Below are positions 12,617-25,929 of a DNA stretch of 64,000 nt, piece after piece. Each line of letters begins with the position of its first letter. Within the stretch, counting starts at the first letter, position 1. This DNA is from Octopus vulgaris (lineage: Eukaryota), in assembly GCA_951406725.2 (NCBI GenBank), contig OX597821.1:20274001-20338000 (forward strand). Direction: 5' to 3'. The notes beneath the pieces are model-generated. The model made no database searches. It had not been told where the DNA came from and saw nothing but the letters and a program-made list of their open reading frames with translations. The position numbers were made by a program, and so were the translations under genes.

Positions 12617-13826
12617 GCAAAATACTGTTTGCCATCTCGTTTTGCCATGATGTTCAGTTGTTAGGATCTCCTGGATTTATTTCAAATTACGTTCTGTGAA
12701 AGTCTTGGCACATACTATTGCTGAAATATAAGAAACAAATTGGAATTTTTTCCCCTAAATAATATACAGCTTATCTCAGCATCTCAAGAAATGAGTGACA
12801 TGTATACGATTGTCTGCTATTTCGGGGGAAAATAAAACCAGTTCATTTCTACTTGACAGCAGCAATGAATACTCAGCTGAACGTGTCACTGTGTATGAAT
12901 GTATACGTGTATTCACTAAATACAGACACCGATAAGAAATAGAGGGATGTGAGTCATACAGATAGCGATGTTGCCTGGAAGTAAGGAGACAATTACTTCA
13001 TTAGTCCACGTTAACTGTAATAATAGCGAAACACAGGATACTAATTAATATGTGTGATGCCATGTGTTGATAGATAAATTTGAAAGATGGGGAGGAAGTT
13101 GTGTGAAATGAAACCGTCACTAAAGAATAGCAACTAGCATATAGCGAAGCATCAAATAATATTGAACTAATTAAAATAATTAGACAGAAGCTAATTAAAA
13201 CATATCTTTCGGGAGGAACGAATGATAATTCTCACTCAATATATTTGTTGTTAACGTTAAACCGTTGTTGTTATGGCTGTTATTGGCGCCCTCTTGTTGC
13301 TACATTTGCTTTTCTTATTGCTCTTCGTTTTAGTTGTTGTTCTCAATTTCTTAGACTTTCTATTCTAGTTCTTCTATTTAGACGCTGTCATGGTCGCCGT
13401 CATCATCGTCATCATCATCGGCGCCGTTAAAATAATGATCCTATTAGTCATCAATACAATCTCCATCACTTTCCATATGATCATTATCAGTATCACTTCT
13501 ATTACCACTGTTATTCTCAACACCAATAGCAAAAACATCAACAAATACACTATCAACATACCGAGCCGTGCAATCACTCGATCTTCAAGAAGTAGGATAC
13601 AAATTCTTCATCACAGTCTTTTGTCTTGAAATAGGAAAGAAAACCCCCATATTATCCATGCTAAATTCTCTAATCTGAATAAACTAATTACTGTCGCCAT
13701 AAGGACCACTGCTTCTATAGAGTGGTGTTGAAATGTTAATAGCAGTGCAGAGGTGTGTAAATTGCTTTTAGGCTCCTTGGTCCTCATCTGTCTTCTGATT
13801 TATGAGTAAGACAGTGAATAACAGAG

Positions 13827-13892
13827 CACTAGCGTAGTTGGCGGGGGGGGGGCAGTTCGACACGGGCGGCACACACTCTAGCTACGCTAGTG
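13827..13892. mobile_element. 66-bp hAT-type MITE
   Basis: 11-bp perfect TIR cactagcgtag/ctacgctagtg and perfect 8-bp TSD taacagag (13819-13826, 13893-13900). Confidence 0.9.
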
Positions 13893-13926
13893 TAACAGAG
13901 GCAAGAGAATGATAGAGAGTAAGAGA

Positions 13927-13996
<70 letters not shown>

Positions 13997-15049
13997 CGAG
14001 TATATGATGAAGCAATTGGAATGACACTTTGACGTGAAGGAAGAGGGAGAAAAATAGAATAAGATATCGAGGGGGTTATGTCGAACCTGGGTGGAGGAAA
14101 GTAGAAAACGATCACTCAAAACACAAGGGAATATTACAGCTTAATGACGAAGATGTGATAGAACTGCACAAAAAAATATCTCGATCATTGTGAGAATGTC
14201 TTTTATCATAGATGTGCTGAATAAGAATTTCACCTGGGGTTAAACGACAAGGACCTGGTCGTCCCCACAACGAGCACTGCCATCATCATCTGTACAGTGT
14301 TAGAATTGCAGTTGTTTTACCTGTGGCTAATAAAGTATATGTCTTTGATCTTACAGATTTTGTTTTGTTTTTTGTTTAGAAGTTCTCTCTCTTATTGATA
14401 TTTGTATTGATCTTCTCTAGCTGTTATTATTTTGTAGTTGTTAATCTTATTTGTGCAACTACTACTACTACTACTACTATGGTTTTCTTCCTCATCCCAC
14501 CTCTTCCTGCTTCTTCTTGTTCTCTTGGCACTGAGGAGGCTTGTTGCTCTGGCAACCGAAAAACTACATATATTTTTATTAAAGGTGTTAGGCAGTGTGT
14601 ATATTCAAAGAGCGATCAGAGCAACAATGCACTCTCTCCTCTCTCTCTCTTTCCATATCTATTTCTGCACACACACACACACACACACATATATATTTAT
14701 ATATATGCGCGGACATATATACATATACATACATTATTCATTCAAAATTTATTATTTCTTCCGTCCTTCTCAGAAACTCTTGCCACTCACTATTTAATGA
14801 TGAATGGACGAGCTTAGATAAGATGCACAAAGATACGTGCAAGATCGGAAAGTTTGCATGCTTTGTTCTGTATCAGTTAACATTGTGTTGCTGTGGTTAT
14901 ATTACGACCATCCAGCGTCATATGCTTAGCAACACCAAAATATTTCATGTATTTTAATCTCTATTTCCATTGTCATTCCGAGTGGGTGAAGATGGTTTTT
15001 ACGAATGTGGTGGTATTGGTCCTCTTAATAGTATAGCTCGCAGGAAGTG

Positions 15050-15960
15050 GCTTTGTATGAAAATCTGTTCATATCAAGTACAGGCTCACTGGTGCCTTCC
15101 AAAGTCAGTTCAAAGAAAAATTCCGTTTCGATTCTGCAGCTAAGTACTGCTCCATTACGAATGTTTTTTAATCGGCCTGTTTTCTTGTGAATGGTACACC
15201 TACCTTAAGTGTTCGACAAATGAGACAACAAATGAATTGCAGCCAAATAATCCATGCGCTTGAAGTCCATAACAGACTATGTAACTGAAGGTGCTAGGTA
15301 TCACAGGATTTCCAAAAAGAGTTAGTAAACTGCATCTGATGCCGCTCTTTCATGATTAATAGTGAATATTTGGCCAATGGTACAATCCTCGACAGGCGAT
15401 GAAAGTGTTTTCTATATAATGTATGTTGGAAATGGTACAGGATGATAGAGTGTGAGATTAGATAAAAGTATGTGGGAAGCAAAATTACAAAACAGAGCCG
15501 CGTGTCGGTCAGGGTTTTACTAAATATTCCTTTGCGGTTATATGAAAGCTGAACTGCTGTTTGAAAAATTAATGGAGGTATCTTAATGATTGATCTTCTG
15601 TAGATATATTCCGTGGTCAAAAATATATTTTCTTCGTTCATCGATCTCCAAATACTATCCACTTTAAGCTTCGAGTTTGCATTGCTTTCAATTGAGTAAA
15701 CATATAATTCCGTTTCAATGACGGAAAAATTAAAAGAATATATGCATTTTGTTGGGAAATAATGTAAACAAGTTTCATGACAAGCTTTCAACCACAGCAA
15801 AGTTCAAACACATTACGTTCGTGAAAAACTTCTCTCTATATTTTTGAAATGTTAACGATATCAATATTCTTTCGTAAACACTTCCTGTGGCTTTTGAACG
15901 AACTATCTATTGGATTTCAAAAGCATTACTTCTGCCAACCACAAGCTGTAATGAGGATGT
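15050..15960 (-). pseudogene. Probable decayed PIF/Harbinger transposase
   Basis: Minus-strand pieces in the expected order, across frameshifts: ERILISLTF (cf. ERLxxTLRF), ETC, IKIPP..YNRKGIFS (cf. YNYKGxFS), FHRLSR (cf. FNYRLSR). Confidence 0.35.
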
Positions 15961-18735
15961 TTAACGACTACTCATATCAGCAAATAATTTAAGGTGCATT
16001 ACAAACGATTTCAGAAGGCAATATATGCCTTATTTTATTTACATCAGCAAGTTAAAATTCAAAGCAGAATTCCGTAGGGTTTGAACGCAAAATTTTATAT
16101 TATATAACTAAATACCACAAATATAGTTATATTTCAAGAAGTTTGTCTTTTTTTAAAATCCTAATAATAATATTAGCCTTAAGTTTTGGAAGAAGACCAG
16201 AAACTTCGAGCGCAAGGAGCTTTTTGATAGCACCAATCCCAGTTATTTGACAGTTACTACATTTTAGCGAGCCCTGAGGGTTTAAAATCAAAGCCGTCTT
16301 CGATGGAATATGAACTAAGAACATAATGAAACGAAAGGAACACTGCAAAATATTTTTAGACGTTGAAAGAATTCTACAAACTCGTTCTCGTCGTGGTTTC
16401 AAATGTTGGCCAGCAATTCTAGGGGAGAGCAGTAGACAATACTCTCGTCTGCAGGAATTGTTTGTTATATCGTTTTATCAGCACCTTAATTATGAAAGTC
16501 AACTTTCACGTCGGCGGGATTTAAACGTAAATTGTAAGAACAAATACCACAATACACTTTGTGGGCGCTCTATTTCTGGGAAGATCTATTTTATTGCATT
16601 TCAATCTGTTTCTTAAACGAAATATACACCACCGGAACTTCTTGTTGACAAACAACAGCAGTAATTGTATTCACCTCAAAAGTCATTGATTGTTTAAAAT
16701 TGCTGAAATACGAGAAATTTAACAACAAATAGCTTACAAACTACAGAATTATCTCAAGAACGCCAAGAGAAAAAGATGTTTTATGTGACACATTCTACCA
16801 GTATACGGAGTTTAAATGTTACAAAAAATTGTTTTTTAAATTTGCCGGTCAAAGTGAAAAGATCCGAGGACTGTTGCTGTTGTCTGCAATATTGGGGTCC
16901 GTAGCCGTAGTGTCTCTTCTGTTGCTTGCATTGTTACTGTTGCTGTTGCTGTTGTAATTTCCGCATTCCAAGTTGATGTTGTTGTTCTTGAAGTCAAAGG
17001 TTTTTTTTTTTCCGGTTACTGGTGAAAGTCAATACAATACTTTGATTCCTTTTTTTTACGGATGGACTGTAGAACACACATATTCCGCCACAAAGGGGCG
17101 AAAATATTTAAAGAAAGTTGTTGAAAGCAACAAAATCAACATTAAAATAACTCACGAGTTTCGAACTGATCCCTGTCTAACAAGAAAAACAACAACAGCA
17201 ACAGCAATAATAATTTCTACCTTCGATCATTGACGAACCACCAAAAATTTGAGAAGAGTGTTTCCTGAATAAACCTGGACGTAATACTTTACTGATAATT
17301 TTATTTTAACAATTTCTGGGAGCAAAAAGACATAGATGTCCTCGGCGATATTTGAACTCAAGACGTACCAATGTTTGGCACACTCACATTTCTACTCATC
17401 CAATAACAAAACATTGTTTATAAATAATAAATCACGTCTTGTATGGCAATCACATTGTCCAGTTTTGTCTCTAATGTTGGTGATAAAATATTTCAGTTAT
17501 TCCTTTCGTTAGTTAGCATCATAGAATTAACGATATTGAAATAACATCCACCACCCCGCTCATACACTCTCACTCCTCTTCTCTTACCTCCTGCTCTGCC
17601 TCTCTTCCATACAAACGCACATACACATCGACGCACATTAAATGTGATGTGTCTAGGAAATATTACACGTATTGAATAATTATTTTGCGAGGTTACATAC
17701 AATTAATGGTTTAATTAAGGGTTTAATTAAAGTATAGCTATGATAACAATGATTAATACTTAATAGCGTTGTACATGAATGTATAAAGATGACTAAAAAT
17801 GGTGCAATTATTTCCAAGTTTGATTAGAGTTAACGAGAAACTAAACGTAGTGTAACCTAGGAGATATATAATTGCGACAAATGTATTAGAGATAAAATGA
17901 GTTTGAATAATTATATACACCAGTGTTTGTCATATATATAATACATTGTTGACTGATGGATCTCCATCGTTCGACAATAGTTATTCAGTTGTCCTATCAA
18001 CTGAATTTATTGCTCGTTGTAGTAGCCTATAAGCGGTGGGTGTGTGGTCATTCCACAAACACATGTACCCGTAATTTAATTCTGATACACAATCAACCAC
18101 ACACAGTTTTTCACAAGACTATATCATTTATTTATAGCCACGTCTATACAGTTCACCTACAACGTATAGGTTTTGTCAATGTTATAGAATATAATTCTTG
18201 TCCAATTTGCAATGCAGTGGAACAAATCGAAGATCCTGTGGCTATGAAGGGCACTTCTTAAACATTCGTTCATACTGCATGTAACATATATATATATATA
18301 AATTTCATATGAAACTGTTTATATAATGTGCGTCAGAAAAACCAAGAACTACCCATTTTTACATGGCCATTCCTGTGGCGCTTATGAAAATAAGCTTGTG
18401 AAAATAGGGTTCGCCAGAAAAGCTAAAAATTCGTTAAATGCCGATTTATATTTTCACAAGATCTATTTGAGGTAAACAATAAACAATTTCACTTGTTCTG
18501 ATTATGCGCTCATTTGATAACAGAAACAACTAATCAGAAATCACCTATCAGATTTTATTGATGACGTTGTTAGTTTTGCCTTCAAATTTTCTGTTTTTCT
18601 AACGACCACCCTCCACTTTCTAAACACCATCAGGATTTGAACAAATACAAAATATGCACTTGCTGTTGAAACATTTCTCAACATGTTAAATGTGAGAAAT
18701 ATTTTTGACTCACCCTATATAGTTCTTTTATTTAT

Positions 18736-19182
18736 TTTGGCACAAGGTCAGCAGTTTTAAGAGAAAGAGAAGACAGTTTCTTATGTCTTATTTCTTTATT
18801 CCCCACAAGGAGATAAATAAGGACAGACAAAGGGATTAAGTCGATGACATCGACCTCAGTGTTTCACTGGTACTTAATTTATCGACCCGGAAAGGATGAA
18901 AGGCAAAGTCGACCTCGGCGGATTTTGAACTCAAAAAGTAAAGACAGACGAAATACAGCTAGGCATTTCGCCCGGCGTGCTAACGTTTCTGCCAGCTCGC
19001 CGCCTTGAAGACAGTTCACTACATCGACCCCAGTTTTCGACTGCTGATTATTTCATCGACTACGATCATTTGAATGGCTAAGTCGACCTTGGCAGTATTT
19101 CAACTCACAACATCACGAGTCGGAAGAAAGCTGCTAGGCATTTTGTTTGACGAGCTAACGGTTCTGTTACCTCGACACCTTC
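18736..19182 (-). mobile_element. Younger SINE family B (about 18779-19006) nested in an older family B copy
   Basis: TSD gaagacagtt at 18769-18778 and 19007-19016. The flanks rejoin into a degenerate family B element. Confidence 0.8.
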
Positions 19183-19940
19183 ACACCTTCTGTAATTAGT
19201 TATTTAATACATTCGCTTATAAATTTCCTCACAGGAAACTTTGAAGTTGCAATCTGTAATTTCCGTTTACCTTACATATGTCATACATATAATGAACTAT
19301 ACACGCGCTAAACGCAAGGGCGATGTAATATTACGGTTTTATACCCGGCAAATTATAGACACACATTTGTGCAAATTATATGTAATGTATATTTATGACA
19401 AATATTTGTTTCATCATTATATCATCTCTGTCCAACTAACACTAATATATCTCTACAAATCATCGTTTCTTTCTTATTTTCTCCACCACGGTTTGTCTTT
19501 AATTCTGATCAAGATTCCATGTAATCTCATCATTTCTGGCCATCTTTACATATTCATGTAGAACGTTAATGAGAATTAATAATTGTTATTACAGCACCAC
19601 ATTAATTAAGCCATTAATTAGTCCAATTATATCGAAACTGACTAAATAATTATGCAATATATGTAAGGTTCCCTGACCATGTCACATGCAATATGTGCGT
19701 GTGTGTGTATGCTTTTGTGTGTCTGTTTGTGTGTGTGGATTGCTGTCTGTGTAAGCATGTTAGCTGTATGCACATACGCGTGCATGAGTGAGTGTGAGTA
19801 CCTGTATGAGTGTGTAATGAGAGAGTCTATGGCTCAGACCGTATATATGCGTCGAATATTTGATTCTAACACTAGTAAATAACTGAAAGATTTTATTGCC
19901 AATTCAAGACACATGCGTGTGTTATGTAATGAATATAAAC

Positions 19941-19979
<39 letters not shown>

Positions 19980-20006
19980 CATCATCATCATCATCATTGT
20001 TATTAT

Positions 20007-21020
20007 TAAGGCAGCGAGCTGGCAGAATCATTAGCATGCCGGGGGAAATACTTAGCGGTACTTCGTTTATCGCTACGTTCTGAGTTCAAATCCCACCGAG
20101 CTCGACTTTGCCTTTCATCCTTTCGGGGTCGATTAAATAAGTACCAGTTACGCACTGTGGTCGTTATAATCGACTTAATCCGTTTGTCAGTCCTTGTTTA
20201 TCCTCTCTGTGTTTAGCCCCTTGTGGGTAGTAAAGAAATAGGTATTTCGAGTGTTGCTACGTTCTGAGTTCAATTACCGCCGAGGTCGAATTTGACTTTC
20301 ATATTTAGGAGTCGATAAATTATTTACCAGTGAAACACTGGGGTCAATGTAATCGACTCATCCCCTCCTCTAAAATGGCTACCCTTGTGGCAAAATTTGA
20401 AATCATTATTACTATTATTAAAGCAGCGAGCTGGCCGAATCATTAGCACGCCCTGCAAAATAGTGGCATTTCGCCTGTCTTTATGTTCTGAGTTCAAATT
20501 CCGCCGCGGATGACTTTACCTTCATCCTTTCGGAATCGATAACTTAAGTACCACTGAAACACTGGGCTTGATTTAATCGACTTATTTCCCTCCCACCACA
20601 ATTTCAGGCTTTCTGCCTACAATAGAAAGGATTATTATTATCATTATTATTATTAAGGTGCCAAGTTGGCTGAATTTTTAGCACATTGTATGAAATGCTA
20701 CGTTCTGAGTTCAAATTCCGCCAATGTCGACGATGTAATCGACTTGCTCTCTCCCCCAAATTTCAGGCTTCCTTATTCCAGAAGAAAGAATTATTATTAA
20801 GACATCGAGCTACCAGTATCGATACGAGACCGGGTTTTGTGTGTCTTAGCAGCATTTCGTCCGTCTCTATGTTTTGAGTCCAACTCAAGCCGAGTTTGGT
20901 TTTGCTTTTCTTCATTCCGGGATAGATTAAATAAATACCAGTTTAGCAGTAAGGTCGATGTAATTGAATAGGCTACGCCCACAAAATATCAAGCCTGATG
21001 CCTATAATAGAAAGACTTAT
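20007..21020 (+). mobile_element. Tandem array of about five SINE family B units, mostly separated by (ATT)n
   Basis: Repeated aaggcagcgagctgg heads and ttctgagttcaaatt cores. Units start at about 20007, 20240, 20420, 20654 and 20800. Confidence 0.85.
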
Positions 21021-21058
21021 CGTTGTTGTTATTAAGGCGCAGGAGTGGCTGTGTCATA

Positions 21059-21216
21059 GGCGCAGGAGTGGCTGTAGGGTAAGTAGCTTCCTTACCAAAC
21101 ACATGGTTCTGGGTTCAGTCCCACTGCGTGAAATCTTGGGCAAGTGTCTTCTACTATAGCCTCAGGCTGACCAAGGCCTTGTGAGTGGATTTGGTAGACG
21201 GAAACTGAAAGAAGCC

Positions 21217-21260
<44 letters not shown>

Positions 21261-21513
21261 ATATAAATATATGTATATATATATATATATGTGTGTGTCT
21301 GTGTGTTTGCGTGTCTGTGTTTGCCCTCCCCCTCAACATCGCTTGGCAACGGATACTGGTGTGTTTACGTTCCCGTAACTTAGCGGTTAGGCAAAAGTGA
21401 CCGATAGAATAAGTAGTAGGCTTACAAAGAATAAGTCCTGGGGTCGATTTGTTCGACTAAAGGCGGTGCTCCAGCATGGCCACAGTCAACTGACTGAAAC
21501 AAGTAAAAGAGTA
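21059..21513 (+). mobile_element. SINE family A, full length, with duplicated 5' end (21036-21052)
   Basis: ggcgcaggagtggctgt head, B box gggttcagtccc, cttgggcaagtgtctt (CORE/V-like), internal (TA)n(TG)n, tail gaaacaagtaaaagag. Confidence 0.9.
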
Positions 21514-21690
21514 AGGCAGGGAGCAGGACGAATCGTTAGAACGCTGGGCTAAATGCTTAGTGATATTCCTTCCGTGTTTGCGACCTGATTTCAAATACTG
21601 CCAAGGCCGACCTTGCCTTTCAACTTTTCGGGGTCGATAAAAATGTATCAGTTGAGCACTAGGGTTGATATAATCAACTAAACCCCTCGC
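21514..21690 (+). mobile_element. SINE family B, degenerate
   Basis: gcctttcaacttttcggggtcgataaa core. Confidence 0.7.
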
Positions 21691-23515
21691 TCAATTTTCT
21701 ATCTATAGCAGAAATATTTATTAGTTTTATCAAGAAGTCGATTTCCAGAATCGTTAGCGCACTAGGATACTTGAGGATTGAGAGTGTTATTTTGACGTAG
21801 TAATGAGAACTCGTGTCTAGAGTCGCTCTTTCAAAGTAAAGGTGATTTTTCATATCACCATTTGTAAAATCCCATATACTCATGACTTCAGTTGGGGGTC
21901 TTAAAATGTATAATTAAGGCCCTGTAGTTTTTTGTATCTCTTCATTCTCAATGAAATAATGATATAACAGCAGATATTTTCTGACTTGCAGAGTAAATCG
22001 GCCTCAGTAGCTTCACACAACAATATTACTATTATCGTAGCTACCCGGTCACAGAACATAAGGTCTTCTGTTTAAGATTATGAGAGAATCGTTATAAAGC
22101 TAAAAGAAAATGTACAGTTTTTAACTACGTTTCCTTCTGTCTATATTACACTTAAAAAACAATTTAATAATATAATGCATTAATCCTGTACATGTTCCTT
22201 CCATCCCCTTATATTCATGCGACTATTCAACACAGCATTATGAAATTAAGCATATTTCACACATTTGGCTGTTGATCTCTAACCGCGTAATATTTATATA
22301 TTTTAATTATAAAAGTAATTTACATTAAATTCAAATGTGCGATTTACAAGCGTTTTCGTAGATTGACTCTCAGAGAAATACGTCTTGAATTACTGAAACA
22401 TAAACAAAACTAAATTCCTATAACGATATATCACTGCTTTCGGTTGTTTCCAGATCTTAATCCTTTAAATATATTATTGATTTAATGATATTACCTAGAA
22501 AGAGTTATACCGAAACACTTTCTCTAAATTGATTTTAAACTTGCCATTCATAAGCATTATCTATTATTCAAATATTTATCACGTTTTAATACTTGAAACT
22601 AATTCAAATGTTCGCCTCTTTACTAGTTTTAATTTCTGTGGCTATTCTTAATTAAATGGTTAAATATTTCCTACTGTTTTATGGAGATGCTGCTGTTAAT
22701 GCTACTTCTGTTGCTGTGGGATATAAAGATAATTGTAATGATATCAACGATGATTGCCACAATTAGAGCACCGTAGATACTGCATATAACTAAAAGTATA
22801 CACACGCTTACGCTTATTTTTTTAATGTATTCATTTCTTCATAAACATTTATTATTGTATTGATTATGTCATCAACCCATTTCTTCATCCTTTTTTCTCC
22901 CTAAAATTTTCTTCGAACCTACTACAATTTTAGCAACCCCATTCTCATTTCTATAGTAAAACAACATGGTGTGCACCCCCATTTTACGTAGATGTTCATT
23001 TTGATAAAATAGCTAACCTTCTCTATCTACTTTTATTATTTTAACCGCTCCACTTTCTTTACATTTCCAATTTCATATAGAACGGAATAGCAAACCAACT
23101 GAATTACCAATCCTAAAATTTAAGAGTGATTTTAACTAACAATGGTTTAGCTTATCAAATATGTATACATACATATAAAAACACGCAATCACTGCATTGA
23201 AGTATGCTTCAAGACCTTTTAAATTTTTACCCTTTAATCGATTAAGATAGGTATTTTAATATATAAATTGAAGTGTAAGTCCATTTTATCAAAAGGTAAA
23301 AAATCGAAGATGAGGAAGTGGAAAACAGATTGGTCTCATATTCTGTGTGTAGTTGAGTATATATTTGATATTTTGTTAAAGTTTCTTCTTGTATATGTAT
23401 TCTATTTAGGGGTCTGGAATGGTGTTCAGGAGATCAATAGTCAGGAATGTTATTGAATTGAAAAGCAGATTTTTTCAGTAAAAAATTCTAATCTAATGAA
23501 TAAAATAGCATATAT

Positions 23516-23830
23516 ACTCTTTTACGCTTTTACTTGTTTCAGTTGACTGCGGCCATGCTGGAGCACCGCCTTTTAGTCGAGCAAATCGACCCCGGGACTT
23601 ATTCTTTGTAAGCCCAGTACTTATTCTATCGGTCTCTTTTGCTGAACCGCTAAGTGACGGAGACGTAAACACACCAGCATCGGTTGTCAAGCAATGCTAG
23701 GGGAACAAACACAGACACACAAACACACACACATACATATATATATATATACATATATACGACAGGCTTCTTTCAGTTTCCGTCTACCAAATCCACTCAC
23801 AAGGCATTGGTCGGCCCGGGGCTATAGCAA
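23516..23830 (-). mobile_element. SINE family A, 5'-truncated
   Basis: Near-identical to 58308-58690. Confidence 0.88.
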
Positions 23831-25159
23831 AGGCTATGTAAGTGCTACGAGAGAACCGTAGTTAGACTCTCGGTTCGATAATAATAGGAGTGAGGAGTTT
23901 AATGCGGGTCTTGTATGAGAATGGATATGTTCAATAAAATGAGACATCAAAGCCAAGGCCGTGTGGATTCTGTGGGACATCTATAAGGAGAAAGGTAGTC
24001 TTACAGCTGCTTCTGGGATATTAGGGATATCCATTCATCAGAGACGATATGAGAGAGTTATATAGAGGGAAATAGTAGAATAAAACTAAAAATAGAAATA
24101 TATGTATGATGTTACATTTGCAGTTCCATTATCCAAGGAAAGTGTTGTGTAGAATGGGTAGAAATACTTCTTATCCATGCTATATAGATTCCGATGGAAT
24201 TTCATATTTTGTTAATTTAAATGGATAGTGTGGAGACATAAAATTCATGTGCTTGTCATTCAAAGGGGTCTTGTGGTGTGAATGAAATTTTGAGGACGTA
24301 CAGGTAGGGGTAAGTAGATAGAGAGAAGGGGATAGATAGGTATGCTAGGAGGAGAATGGTATTGGTCGAAAGTAATAGGGGAGGAAAGGGGAAACAAATT
24401 CATTCAGACATCAATTTCTCTGTATGTTATGAGGATATGTAGTCACTCACTCTCTCTCTTTTACATACACACGGACACGATCATGTATATTCAAAAAAGA
24501 TGTATGCAAATGTGTTTATGTACGTGTATATGAAAGGTAATGTGTGTGAGAAAGAAAGAGAGAGGGAGGGAGAGATAGAGAGAGAAAGAGCGAGTGCAAC
24601 TTACACAAACATGCAAATTAATACATACAACACACACCTTCACTCACTCTTTGTCCCCCCTCTCTCTCTTTCACTCTCTGTTATGTACACACACACACAC
24701 ACGTCCATTCCCTATGCACATACATATATCTTTCACTTTCTGCTCTCTTCAGAGCATAACGAAATAAAAATAATTACGGAAATTAACAAGCAAACATATG
24801 AACACATATGATCGGCCATATAATCGAGTTGACAACTTTGCTAATTCAAACGAAAAAATGACATGAAATAGCTTCCTTTGTCACAGACACACACACACTC
24901 TTTCTTTCTTTCTCTCTCTCTCTCTAGGTAAAACTTCTGTACGAAATATGTTATTTCTCGTTGTGCATACCCACAAAATTTCAGCTCAAATCCAATTGAA
25001 ATAACCTTTTTCTATTTTGCAAATCGTATTTGTGGTGAACTCCTTTAAAAGGAAGTTTTCTCAGAGATCCTGTCCTTTAGCTGTTGTTTCTAGCATGTCC
25101 GAGGTGATATTGGCACCCCTCTCGCCTTATTTTTAACTAAATTTCTTCATGTGTTTTCG

Positions 25160-25770
25160 AAACATGGGATTATGATTTTGCCCCCAAAATACGTTCTCAG
25201 TATCTTAATTTTCTCCCTCCCCACCGCAATTATTTAATTTTTTAACTTTTTTCATTTTTTCTTGACAATCCATGGAGAAGAAACTGAGAGTACGAATCTT
25301 TAATAAGTTTCTTCTTATTGAGGAAATACTAAAATCTTCCCAAACATCCACCCATCACCTCATCACTTTTAAAAAGCTACAAACTCACAATGTTTCACTC
25401 CTGGGTTTCTGGAAAGCGGGGAAGTTTCTTCAGAAATAATGTCAGCTTTTCTGGTGGTGGTCTGAAATTAGCACGTCAGCTATTTCAGTACAATTCTTCG
25501 CATGCACGTAACATCAGACACAAGTGTAACATTGGGATGTTTTAGCTTTTCGAAAGCGGGTAGGTGATGAGTGGGCGAGGCTGGGGAATTAAACTTTATA
25601 ACAAATATATATTTCCTAGATTCGTAATCTCTATATTTTTCTACATGGGTAAAAAAAAAAAAAAATAAAATTCGAAAAAAAATTACAAATTAAGAAATTG
25701 CGGTGAAGACGTGGGGAAATCAAAATCTGAAAACGTGATCTCTGGGCAAAACCGTAATAGCCTGTTTTAT
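25160..25770. repeat. Foldback element, about 240-bp imperfect arms and about 120-bp spacer
   Basis: 25160-25300 versus the reverse complement of 25618-25770 (ttttgccc, caccgcaatt, ccatg.aga, gag..tacgaatct), and 25349-25400 versus the reverse complement of 25522-25575 (catcacct..aaaagcta..caatgtt.cact). Confidence 0.7.
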
Positions 25771-25929
25771 AGGATCAAACAATACATAGTTTGTAATCCC
25801 TCTTCAGAAGAGAAAGCATCTTCATGGAAACCCATGCAAATTGTACCTTCCCCCTTCACTATATATCAGCTGTGCCAATTCTGCCAATAAGAAAGGAACA
25901 AATAATACGATACGGTTATAAGTCATAAC

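Noticed and set aside
18321-18720. Possible Tc1-like MITE (atataatgtgcgtcagaaaa / tttttgactcaccctatat)
   Set aside because: TIR match too short and degenerate to call.
20007-21020. Regularly spaced repeats resembling a CRISPR array
   Set aside because: Units are diverged SINEs of about 150-230 bp in eukaryotic DNA, with no unique spacers or cas genes.
23830-24400. Complex sequence that may be a LINE remnant (also 49000-49750, 58790-59080, and 61130-61350 with LKLFLKGKR)
   Set aside because: At most one weak motif each; cannot be classified without a search.
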